From assembly GCA_013152925.1 (NCBI GenBank), contig JAADFK010000101.1:2336-66335 (forward strand): 64,000 nt of DNA, written 5' to 3'. The DNA is from Acidobacteriota bacterium (GTDB taxonomy: Bacteria; Acidobacteriota; Thermoanaerobaculia; Thermoanaerobaculales; Sulfomarinibacteraceae). Shown here in pieces: positions 36,893-47,430 of this stretch (within the stretch, counting starts at the first letter, position 1; each line of letters starts with the position of its first letter). The position numbers were made by a program, and so were the translations under genes. Below the pieces are notes generated by a model. The model was given only the letters and a program-made list of their open reading frames with translations, was not told the origin of the DNA and searched no databases.

Positions 36893-37786
36893 ATGCCCAA
36901 ACTGCCGCGACGCTTGCTGGTTCCAACGGACTTCTCCGATACCGCCGAGCGGGCCCTGGACCTGGCCCTCGATCTTGCCGCCTCCTTCGCCGCCGAGATC
37001 CACCTGCTTCACGTGCGAGTCCTCCTGGAAGACCCGCACCACGAGGAGGAGTACCACCGGGAGTTGGAGCGCCTGATGACCCGGGAGGATCAGCGAACGC
37101 GCGAGGTTCTCGGCAACGCCAGGGACGCCAGGCCACAAGCCGTCGTGCATCCACACCTGGTCCGCGGCCTCTCCGAGGCCGAAACGATCTGCGAGACGGC
37201 GGCGGACCTCGGTTGTGACCTGGTCGTCATGGGAACCCATGGGCGCCGCGGCCTCAAGCACCTCGTCCTGGGGTCGGTGACGGAACGGGTCGTCCGAAGC
37301 AGCCCCATCCCCGTGCTGACCATCCGTCCAGACGCCGCCGGAGATTTCCCGCGTGGTGCACGATTCCTCGTTCCCACCGATTTCTCCGAGGCGTCCCGGC
37401 AGGCGGTTGACACGGCAGCAGCTTGGGCGGCCGGCCTCGGCGGACGGATCACCCTGCTCCACGCCATCGAGCCCGTGGTCTACCCTGAGTTCTACGCCGT
37501 GGACATCTTCCCGGACGACATCATGGACCGGATCGAGGAGCGCTCCAAACGTGCCCTGGAACAGCTGGGACGGGAACAGCTGGGGGAGATCCCGTGGGAT
37601 ACCGAGGTGGCGGTCGGACGAGCGACGGAGGCCATCGTCGATGCCGCGGATCCTGCGCGCCACGACCTGGTCGTCATCGCTTCCAGAGGGCTGTCCCCCA
37701 TCGAGCACCTGCTGTTGGGCTCCGTCACCGATGCGGTGGTGCGCCGTGCCCGGATTCCCGTGTTGACGATCCATGGGGGGTCATAG
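36893..37786 (+). CDS. tandem universal stress protein
   Basis: Two USP halves, each ending in the ATP-binding block (GTHGRRGLKHLVLGSVTERVV; ASRGLSPIEHLLLGSVTDAVV). GGGAGG RBS before the ATG at 36893. Confidence 0.9.
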   Translation: MPKLPRRLLVPTDFSDTAERALDLALDLAASFAAEIHLLHVRVLLEDPHHEEEYHRELERLMTREDQRTREVLGNARDARPQAVVHPHLVRGLSEAETICETAADLGCDLVVMGTHGRRGLKHLVLGSVTERVVRSSPIPVLTIRPDAAGDFPRGARFLVPTDFSEASRQAVDTAAAWAAGLGGRITLLHAIEPVVYPEFYAVDIFPDDIMDRIEERSKRALEQLGREQLGEIPWDTEVAVGRATEAIVDAADPARHDLVVIASRGLSPIEHLLLGSVTDAVVRRARIPVLTIHGGS

Positions 37787-38081
37787 GTATGGGGTCTCCC
37801 GGGAACGGAGGGGGCGGGGACGCCGGTCCTCCCACGCCCTCGGCACGAGCTTCTGATACGGCCTGGCGTGGAACGGGCACGCTCTCCCGGGACATTCTCA
37901 TTGCGCTGATCGGCGGATTGCCATCGGCCTGTTCTTCGCCGAAGGCGCAGGGCGGCTCAAGATCCTGGGCGAGGGGGCCCGCAATGCGGGTCCACGATGG
38001 TCAATCCTCGGGAACGTGCTCCGCCGGGGCCGGACCGGCACACGCGGCGACGCGCCCGCGCCGTGACATGGCCGGCCGCGC

Positions 38082-38111
38082 AGGAAAAGGCCGGCCCCGA
38101 AAGGGCCGGCC
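38082..38111 (-). terminator. rho-independent terminator of hppA
   Basis: GGCCGGCCC-cgaaa-GGGCCGGCC (38089-38111), a 9-bp GC stem. On the minus strand it is followed by TTTTCC and lies about 24 nt after the hppA stop. Confidence 0.7.
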
Positions 38112-38134
38112 TGGAACCGTCGTCATGGAGATCC

Positions 38135-40177
<2,043 letters not shown>

Positions 40178-40188
40178 GGGCTCCTCCT

Positions 40189-40776
40189 TCAGTTCACCGG
40201 TTCGGTTGACGATACTGGCTGGTTGAAACGGTTCATGGCCCGCCCCAGCCCCTCGAAAACACTGACGGCCACGGCATCGGCCGCCTGCTTGATCATTTCA
40301 TCGGCCACTGCGCTCTCGTGTTCCTCGAAGGGTGAGAGAACGTAGTGAGCCAGGTCTTCCCAGGGGGATTCTCCGCGAACACCGAGGCGCAGCCTGGCGA
40401 AGCCCGTGCCCACATGCTCCACGATGTCCCGGAGGCCGTTGTGGGTACCGGCACCACCCGAGGGGCGGAGGCGCAACCTCCCCAGCGGAAGATCCACATC
40501 GTCCACGATGACGAGGGCATCCGCCGGAGCAACGCCCAACCCCCCAAGCAGCGAGGCCACGGCGGCACCCGACCGGTTCATGAAGGTCCGCGGCTTGGCC
40601 AGCCAGATCCGCCGCCCCCGCGACGTCGCGGCGACCTCACTGAGGAAGCGGCGCTCCCAGGTCCCGGCCCGGAGCCGGCGGGCGATCTCGTCGACGACGC
40701 GGAAACCGACATTGTGGCGGGTTTGACGGTACTCCTCGCCGGGGTTCCCAAGACCGACCACCAACTCCACAGCCAT
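40189..40776 (-). CDS. pth: peptidyl-tRNA hydrolase
   Basis: [21 protein letters not shown]...[12 protein letters not shown]. Confidence 0.95.
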   Translation of the reverse strand: MAVELVVGLGNPGEEYRQTRHNVGFRVVDEIARRLRAGTWERRFLSEVAATSRGRRIWLAKPRTFMNRSGAAVASLLGGLGVAPADALVIVDDVDLPLGRLRLRPSGGAGTHNGLRDIVEHVGTGFARLRLGVRGESPWEDLAHYVLSPFEEHESAVADEMIKQAADAVAVSVFEGLGRAMNRFNQPVSSTEPVN

Positions 40777-40781
40777 GGTCC

Positions 40782-41468
40782 CTACTCGGCCCCCTCCTCC
40801 TTGCCGCCCTTGGCCCCGATAATCTCGGGCTCCGCCTGCTCCGTGATGATCGTCTCCTCTTCCTCTTCCACCTCCGGCCGCGCCACGCGCGGTATCATCA
40901 CGCGCACAACAACGGCGTTGGGATCGCTGAGAAGGCGGGCGCTCGGCGGGAACAGGCCCGTGATGTCGCCGAGGGTGATCAGCTCGTCGACGTCCACATT
41001 GCTGATATCGACGACGATCTTGTCGGGGATCTCCCGCGGCAGGACCTCCATCTCGACCTCGCGCGTCACGAAGTCGGCCACGCCGCCGTGGCGGATGCCG
41101 ACACAGTCGCCGTCCAGCTCCAGCGGCACCGTGACGTTGAGCGCGTGGCCCTTGGTCACCCGGATGAAGTCCACGTGGATGAAATCACGCGTCATCGGGT
41201 CGATCTGGATCTCGCGGATCATCGTGCGGCGTTCCTGCTTGCCGCCCTTGAGCTTGAGCAGGAAGATAGTGTTGCCGCCGCTCTCCTGCTTGAGCAGCTC
41301 CTGGATGGAGTGCCGGTCCACCGTGATGGCGAAGGGTGACACACCGCCGCCGTACACGACACCGGGTATCTTGCCCTGCCGGCGGAGCTTGCCGGCGGCT
41401 TCCTTGCCGATCCCCTCGCGCCGTTCCACCTCGATGACGATGTCCTGTTTCTTCATGGTCGCTGTCAT
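40782..41468 (-). CDS. rplY: 50S ribosomal protein L25 / general stress protein Ctc
   Basis: GKEAAGKLRRQGKIPGVVYGGG..., a two-domain Ctc-type length (228 aa) with an acidic tail. Conserved prs-ctc-pth order. Confidence 0.9.
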   Translation of the reverse strand: MTATMKKQDIVIEVERREGIGKEAAGKLRRQGKIPGVVYGGGVSPFAITVDRHSIQELLKQESGGNTIFLLKLKGGKQERRTMIREIQIDPMTRDFIHVDFIRVTKGHALNVTVPLELDGDCVGIRHGGVADFVTREVEMEVLPREIPDKIVVDISNVDVDELITLGDITGLFPPSARLLSDPNAVVVRVMIPRVARPEVEEEEETIITEQAEPEIIGAKGGKEEGAE

Positions 41469-41489
41469 GCTCTCTCTCCCTCTTCACCC

Positions 41490-42437
41490 TCAGACGAACA
41501 GGCTGGACACTGAGGCGCCCTCGTGGATCCTCCGGATCGCTTCTCCAAGGAGCACCGCCACCGAGAGCTGCTCGATCTTGCCACTGGCGGCAGCTTCCTC
41601 GCCGAGCGGCAACGTATCCGTCACCATGACACGTTTCAGGGTGCTGTTGTTGATTCGTTCCACGGCCGGCCCGGAAAGCACGCCATGGACCCCGGCAGCA
41701 TACACGCTCCGGGCGCCACGTTCCATCAGTGCCTCCGAAGTCTTCACAAGAGTGCCTGCCGTGTCGATGATGTCGTCCACCACCACGCAGTCGCGGCCCT
41801 CCACATCACCGATGACGTTCATGATCTCCGCCTGGTTGGCCTCGGGCCGGCGCTTGTCCATGATGGCCAGATCGGTCTTGAGGCGTTTGGCGAAGGCCCG
41901 GGCCCGTTCGACGCCGCCCGCATCCGGGGACACCAGGGTCAAACGGTCCAGGTTTGCCGCGCGGATGGCCTCGATGAGGACCGGCGCGGCGTAGAGATGG
42001 TCCACCGGGATGTCGAAGAAACCCTGGATCTGCGACGCGTGGAGGTCCATGGTCAGCACGCGGTTGGCGCCGGCCGTTGTGATCAGGTTCGCCACCAGCT
42101 TGGACGTGATGGGGACCCTGGGTTTGTCCTTCCGGTCCTGCCGGGCGTAGCCGTAGTAGGGGATCACCGCCGTCACGCGCGTCGGCGAGGAGCGGCGGAA
42201 GGCATCCAGCATGATCAGCAACTCCATCAACCACTCGTTACTGGGACGGCCCGTCGACTGGACGATGAAGACATCCGATCCGCGGACGTTGTCCTGAATC
42301 TGGCAGTAGATCTCGCCGTCAGAGAAGTTCCCGAGGCGGATATGTCCTGGAGGGATCTGCAGATAATCACAGATCGACCGGGCCAGAGCCGGGTTGCTTC
42401 GTCCGGAAAAAACCAGTAGCGGGTGTTCCTTCAACAT
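41490..42437 (-). CDS. prs: ribose-phosphate pyrophosphokinase
   Basis: AVIPYYGYARQDRK, VLTMDLHASQIQGFFDIPVDHL, CVVVDDIIDTAGT. Confidence 0.95.
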   Translation of the reverse strand: MLKEHPLLVFSGRSNPALARSICDYLQIPPGHIRLGNFSDGEIYCQIQDNVRGSDVFIVQSTGRPSNEWLMELLIMLDAFRRSSPTRVTAVIPYYGYARQDRKDKPRVPITSKLVANLITTAGANRVLTMDLHASQIQGFFDIPVDHLYAAPVLIEAIRAANLDRLTLVSPDAGGVERARAFAKRLKTDLAIMDKRRPEANQAEIMNVIGDVEGRDCVVVDDIIDTAGTLVKTSEALMERGARSVYAAGVHGVLSGPAVERINNSTLKRVMVTDTLPLGEEAAASGKIEQLSVAVLLGEAIRRIHEGASVSSLFV

Positions 42438-42453
42438 GCCTTCGCTTCTTCCC

Positions 42454-42528
42454 TGGCTGGGGCGGCAGGATTCGAACCTGCGAATGCCGGTTCCAAAGAC
42501 CGGTGGCTTACCACTTGCCGACGCCCCA
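42454..42528 (-). tRNA. tRNA-Gln (anticodon UUG), CCA encoded
   Basis: Reverse complement folds by hand into a cloverleaf: acceptor TGGGGCG/CGCCCCA, anticodon stem CCGGT/ACCGG with loop CTTTGGA, T arm GCAGG-TTCGAAT-CCTGC, discriminator G plus CCA. 75 nt. Confidence 0.9.
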
Positions 42529-42654
42529 AGCGCGGCAGAGTATAACCCAAGCGCAGGAAATCTGCCCTACCGGCCAGCCTTCCCGGCGCCGTGCCAGCCA
42601 GGTTTTCCCCCTTCTTCCCCCCAGCGGCCTCCTGCCGCCGGAGCTCGTTCCACC

Positions 42655-43056
42655 TCAGCGCCGGCCGTCGTCCGACCGCCCGCCGCTCTCTCCGGTCCAG
42701 AAGTCGTCCGCAAGGAGCTTCGTGGCCAGGCGGGCCATCGGTTTTTCCTGGCCCCTCTGTCCCCCACCGCCGCCCGTGCTGCGTTCCGGGATGACCAGGT
42801 TCTCGACGGCGGCCTGAAACTCCCGCAACACCCTCTCCTCCACCATCGTCCGCGTCTCGCTGTTGAGAGGATGGGCGATGTCCCGCAGCTGGCCGTTCCG
42901 GGTCTTCCGCGACGGCATGGTGACGTACAACTGGCCCTCACGGCCCTCCATCACCCTCAAATCGTTGATGATGAAGCAATCGTCGAGAACGATACTGGCA
43001 AAAGCCCGCACTTTGCCGCCGCGGGCCGGGCTGATTCGAACTTCCGTAATCTCCAT
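42655..43056 (-). CDS. spoVG: SpoVG-family protein
   Basis: MEITEVRISPARGGKVRAFASIVLDDCFIINDLRVMEGREGQLYVTMPSRK is the SpoVG core. Start trimmed from 43143 to the ATG at 43056. Confidence 0.9.
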   Translation of the reverse strand: MEITEVRISPARGGKVRAFASIVLDDCFIINDLRVMEGREGQLYVTMPSRKTRNGQLRDIAHPLNSETRTMVEERVLREFQAAVENLVIPERSTGGGGGQRGQEKPMARLATKLLADDFWTGESGGRSDDGRR

Positions 43057-43128
43057 CGCTGCCTCCGTCCCATGACGGCCCATACAGTACTGTCTGAGAT
43101 CGCCCAGGTCAAACGCCGTGACACCGGC

Positions 43129-43445
43129 CAGCTTGCTGGCCATGGTGGAACGGCGTCCCGAGCGAAGGCCCCAAGGGCCGAAGCCGAGGGACCTCCCCGC
43201 AACCCCCCCTCACTCCGCCCAGCTTGCTGGCCATGGTGGAACGGCGTCCCGAGCGAAGGCCCCACGGGCCGAAGCCGAGGGACCTCCCCGCAACCCCCCT
43301 CACTCCGCCCAGCTTGCTGGCCCCGGTGGAACGGCGTCCCGAGCGAAGGCCCCACGGGCCGAAGCCGAGAGACCTCCCCGCAACCCCCCCTCACTCCGCC
43401 CAGCTTGCTGGCCCCGGTGGAACGGCGTCCCGAGCGAAGGCCCGC
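43129..43445. repeat. tandem repeat, unit 90-91 bp, about 3.5 copies
   Basis: Units start at 43129, 43220, 43310 and 43401 (CAGCTTGCTGGCC...). Copies differ by only a few substitutions and a C-run length change. The last copy is truncated after GAAGGCCC. Confidence 0.9.
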
Positions 43446-43501
43446 CAGGGGTGATCCCCCACCACTTCGGCGCTACAATGTGGCGGTCCGAGGAGGTGAA
43501 G

Positions 43502-45502
43502 ATGACCGCGCCGTTGACCATCGAGCTCGATGAGATTCCCGATCCCAAGACCTTCGAGCCCGGCATCCGCCGTGCCCCGAGCCGTGGCTACAACCTCGAC
43601 CGCCGCGAGACTATCCTGGCGCTCAAGAACGCCCTGCGCTACGTGCCCGAGGAACACCACGAGATCGTCGCGCCAGAGCTCCTCGAGGAGCTCAGAACCA
43701 TGGGACGCATCTACGGCTACCGCTACCGGCCCGCTGGGAGGATCTGGGGCCGCCCCGTGGACAGCTACCGCGGGAGGACCGTCGAGGGACGTGCCATGCA
43801 GGTGATGATCGACAACAACCTGGACTTCGAGGTGGCCCTCTACCCTTACGAGCTGGTCACGTACGGCGAGTCCGGCCAGGTCTGCCAGAGCTGGATGCAG
43901 TACCTCCTGATCAAACGCTACCTGGAGCTCGTGGACGAGAGCCAGACCCTTGTGGTCAGCTCCGGCCACCCTCTGGGGCTCTTCCCATCCCGGCCCGAGG
44001 CGCCCCGCGCCATCATCACCAACGGGCTCATGGTGGGCATGTTCGACACGCCCGAGGACTTCCACCGGCTGGCGGCACTCGGTGTCGTCAACTACGGCCA
44101 GATGACCGCCGGCGGCTGGATGTACATCGGCCCCCAGGGCATCGTCCACGGCACCTACATCACCCTGCTCAACGCTGGCCGGCTTTACCTGGGCGTCCCC
44201 GAGACGGACGACTTGGCCGGTCACACCTTCGTCACCTCGGGCCTCGGCGGCATGTCCGGCGCCCAGGCCAAGGCCCTGGAGATCGCCGGCGGCGCCGGCA
44301 TCATCGCCGAGGTGGACGCTTCGCGCATCGAGACCCGCCACTCCCAGGGCTGGGTCGGCAAGGTCACCTCGGATCTGGAGGAGGCCGTCCGCTGGATGCT
44401 CGTAGCCCGTGACCGCGGTGAGGCCGCTTCCATCGCCTATCACGGCAACGTTGTGGATCTGCTGGAGTACCTGGACGAAAAGAAGATCCCCGTGGAGCTA
44501 CTCTCCGACCAGACCTCCTGCCATGTCCCCTACGACGGCGGCTACACCCCGGCTGGCGTTTCCTTCGAGGAGGGCCGCCAGCTTCTCAGCACGGACCGCC
44601 AACGCTTCTGTGCCCTGGTGGACGAGAGCCTTCGCCGCCACTTCCAGGTGCTGCGGCGGCTGACGGACCGCGGTGCTCACTTCTGGGACTACGGCAACTC
44701 CTTCATGAAGGCCGTCTTCGACGCCGGCGTCACCGAGATCGCCAGGAACGGCCACGATACCAACGAGGGGTTCATCTGGCCCTCCTACGTGGAGGACATC
44801 ATGGGCCCGCTGTGCTTCGACTACGGCTATGGCCCTTTCCGCTGGGTTTGCCTCTCCGGCAGACCCGAGGACCTGGAGAAGACCGACCGGGCCGCCATGG
44901 CGTGCATCGACCCCAGCCGGCGCGGCCAGGACCGCGACAACTGGCAGTGGATCCGCGACGCCGGCAAGAACAGGTTGGTCGTGGGTACCCAGGCGAGGAT
45001 CCTCTACGCCGACGCCGAGGGCCGCACCCGCATCGCCCGGGCCTTCAACAGGCTCGTCCGGGACGGTGAGGTCGGCCCCATCATGATGGGCCGCGACCAC
45101 CACGATACCGGCGGCACCGACTCCCCCTTCCGAGAGACCGCCAACATCCACGACGGCTCCAACCTGACCGCCGACATGGCCCACCAGTGCTGGGCGGGCA
45201 ACGCCGCCCGCGGCATGACCATGGCCGTGCTCTCAAACGGCGGCGGCGTGGGCACCGGCAAGGCCATCAACGGCGGCTTCGGCCTGGTCCTCGACGGCTC
45301 CGAACGCGTGGAGCGCATCCTGGACACAGCCCTCGAGTGGGACGTCATGTGCGGCGTCACCCGCCGCGCCTGGGCCCGCAACTCGAACGCCGTGGAAACC
45401 GTCACGGCGTGGAACACGGCCAACGCCGCCCGGGGCCACCTCACCGTACCGCACCAGGCCGATGAGGACCTCCTGGAGCGGCTGGTGGACGGAGAGAGCT
45501 GA
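43502..45502 (+). CDS. hutU: urocanate hydratase (long form, 666 aa)
   Basis: YGESGQV, GLMVGMFDTPEDF, NYGQMTAGGWMYIGPQGIVHGTY, MGRDHHDTGGTDSPFRETANI. Start at ATG 43502, preceded by GAGGAGGTG. The track start 43118 runs through the noncoding tandem repeat. Confidence 0.9.
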   Translation: MTAPLTIELDEIPDPKTFEPGIRRAPSRGYNLDRRETILALKNALRYVPEEHHEIVAPELLEELRTMGRIYGYRYRPAGRIWGRPVDSYRGRTVEGRAMQVMIDNNLDFEVALYPYELVTYGESGQVCQSWMQYLLIKRYLELVDESQTLVVSSGHPLGLFPSRPEAPRAIITNGLMVGMFDTPEDFHRLAALGVVNYGQMTAGGWMYIGPQGIVHGTYITLLNAGRLYLGVPETDDLAGHTFVTSGLGGMSGAQAKALEIAGGAGIIAEVDASRIETRHSQGWVGKVTSDLEEAVRWMLVARDRGEAASIAYHGNVVDLLEYLDEKKIPVELLSDQTSCHVPYDGGYTPAGVSFEEGRQLLSTDRQRFCALVDESLRRHFQVLRRLTDRGAHFWDYGNSFMKAVFDAGVTEIARNGHDTNEGFIWPSYVEDIMGPLCFDYGYGPFRWVCLSGRPEDLEKTDRAAMACIDPSRRGQDRDNWQWIRDAGKNRLVVGTQARILYADAEGRTRIARAFNRLVRDGEVGPIMMGRDHHDTGGTDSPFRETANIHDGSNLTADMAHQCWAGNAARGMTMAVLSNGGGVGTGKAINGGFGLVLDGSERVERILDTALEWDVMCGVTRRAWARNSNAVETVTAWNTANAARGHLTVPHQADEDLLERLVDGES

Positions 45503-45726
45503 GGCCAGACCTCACCCGCCGGGACCGCGGTTCCCCTGGAAGCCCTCGAGACGGGCGCGGGTGGCCACCTTCCTGGCCCGGGCGCTCGGGCTCCACTGGC
45601 CGCTCTGATCCCTGCAATCCCCTGATGGCCGCCGCAACGGCACGCCTTCGGGCGAGCGGTTGCGGCATTGACCTCCTCCCACGATGCGGGGAGTATCATG
45701 GAGATGTTCCTGAGGAGGTATGGACA

Positions 45727-47043
45727 ATGATTCATCCGACGCGGATTCGCACCGTTCTCGCGCTCGTGCTGCTTCTGCCGGCACTCACTCTCGCCGCTCG
45801 TTCCAACGGCGGGAAAGACCCCATGGCACAGGGCCTGGCTGCCTACACCGCGGGCGACTACGCGACCGCTCTCAAGCTCTGGCGGCCCCTGGCGGCCCAG
45901 GGCGATCCGGAGGCCCAGTTCCGGATCGGCTACCTCTATGCCCAGGGGCAGGGAGCTCCCCGGGACCAGGAGCTCGCCATCACCTGGTACCGGAAGGCTG
46001 CCGAGCTCGGCCATCCCAAGGCGCAGTTCAACCTGGGAATCGCCTATCTCAAGGGAGCGGGCGTGGAGAAGGACCCCGAGCAGGCCGTCGCCTGGCTCCG
46101 CCGCTCGGCGAGCCAGGGCTGGTCACCTGCTCAGTTCGCGCTGGGGTTGGCCTACATGCAGGGAATCGGAGTGGAGAAGGATCCCGCGGAGGCGGCGAGC
46201 TGGTTCCAGCGGGCTGCGGACCAAGGCCACCCTGACGCCCAGTACGCCCTGGCCATGATGTACCTCGAGGGCTCAGGAGCGGAGAAGAACACCGAGAAGG
46301 CCATGGCGCTCCTGCGCAGCTCGGCCAAGGGCGGCAACCTCGAGGCCATTTACAAGCTGGGCGGGCTCAACCCGGCGCGCGGCGTCAAGGCGAGCTCTCC
46401 CGGCGCCATCGCCAAGATCCGCAAGGCGGCGGAGCTCGGCTACCCCCAGGCCCAGTACGACCTCGGCGCCGCCTACGCCAACGGCTCAGCGGGGCTCGAG
46501 AAGGACCCCGCCGAGGCCGCCAGGTGGTTCGAGAAGGCGGCGAAAGCCGGGATGGCCCGGGCCCAGTTCGACTTGGGGTGGCTCTTCGAGAACGGCGAGG
46601 GTGTGGAGGAGAGCCAGGAGAAGGCCGTGGAGTGGTACGCCAGAGCCGCCGACCAGGGTTTCGCGCGGGCCCAGTACCAGCTTGCGATGCACTACGCCTC
46701 GGGGCGCGGCGTCGAGAAGGACGCCAACAGGGCCTTCGGGCTAGTTCTCATGTCGGCGAAGGCCGGTTTTGTCGATGCCCAGTACGCGGTGGGCGTCATG
46801 TATGACAACGGCAACGGGGTGCAGCAGGACTACTCCAAGGCCATGGAGTGGTACAGGAAGGCCGCGGCAGGCGGTAACGGCAACGCCATGTTCGCCGCAG
46901 GCAACCTCTACGCCAACGGCTACGGCGTCGCCAAGGACCTCAACGAGGCAAAGAAGTGGTACTGCAAGGGTGCGCGGCTGGGACACCCTCAGTGCCTCCA
47001 GATGCTCGGTGGCGACGTGGATGTGGACACGGTGTGCAGGTAG
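45727..47043 (+). CDS. secreted Sel1-repeat (SLR/TPR-like) protein
   Basis: Signal peptide MIHPTRIRTVLALVLLLPALTLAA, then about 11 repeats of the type A..W...AA.QG...AQ..LG..Y..G.GV.KD. Confidence 0.9.
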   Translation: MIHPTRIRTVLALVLLLPALTLAARSNGGKDPMAQGLAAYTAGDYATALKLWRPLAAQGDPEAQFRIGYLYAQGQGAPRDQELAITWYRKAAELGHPKAQFNLGIAYLKGAGVEKDPEQAVAWLRRSASQGWSPAQFALGLAYMQGIGVEKDPAEAASWFQRAADQGHPDAQYALAMMYLEGSGAEKNTEKAMALLRSSAKGGNLEAIYKLGGLNPARGVKASSPGAIAKIRKAAELGYPQAQYDLGAAYANGSAGLEKDPAEAARWFEKAAKAGMARAQFDLGWLFENGEGVEESQEKAVEWYARAADQGFARAQYQLAMHYASGRGVEKDANRAFGLVLMSAKAGFVDAQYAVGVMYDNGNGVQQDYSKAMEWYRKAAAGGNGNAMFAAGNLYANGYGVAKDLNEAKKWYCKGARLGHPQCLQMLGGDVDVDTVCR

Positions 47044-47430
47044 AGGTTGTTTCGCTGCTCCGAACGTTCGTGCTGGCGGGAGATGCGGTGAGGCCGATGA
47101 ACGTGTCACCCCGACGTGCGAGTTGGATGCACGCCGTCACGGCGCCGTTCCGGAGCGCGGATTTCAGTCCGCAGAGGGCGCCATTCGTTTTCATCTCGCT
47201 GTGGCTCGAAAAGATGCGGGCTGAAGCCCGCGCTCCATGCTGGACACGCCCAGAGCCAGGGCACCAGCGCAAACAACCTCAAGCAGGCGCGGAGCTGACC
47301 TGAGCGCACGATCATCGCTGGGCTCACCCAGGGCCAGCCTGATGGCAACTTGGCACCGGCCACCCGCGAGACCTTCGCCCAGGAGGCTATCTTCCGGGCG
47401 CGCGCTATTGCCCCCACGCCGCCTACGGGA

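Noticed and set aside
36503-37774. 423-aa minus-strand ORF
   Set aside because: Antisense to the tandem USP gene and overlapping the PilZ gene in another frame. No motifs, typical high-GC shadow ORF.
40345-41994. 549-aa plus-strand ORF
   Set aside because: Antisense to pth, rplY and prs, which are all clearly identifiable. Ser/Pro/Arg/Thr-rich junk.
43118-43501. N-terminal 128-codon extension of hutU proposed by the track
   Set aside because: It runs through the 90/91-bp tandem repeat, whose period is not a multiple of three. A good RBS (GAGGAGGTG) precedes the ATG at 43502, where homology to urocanase begins.
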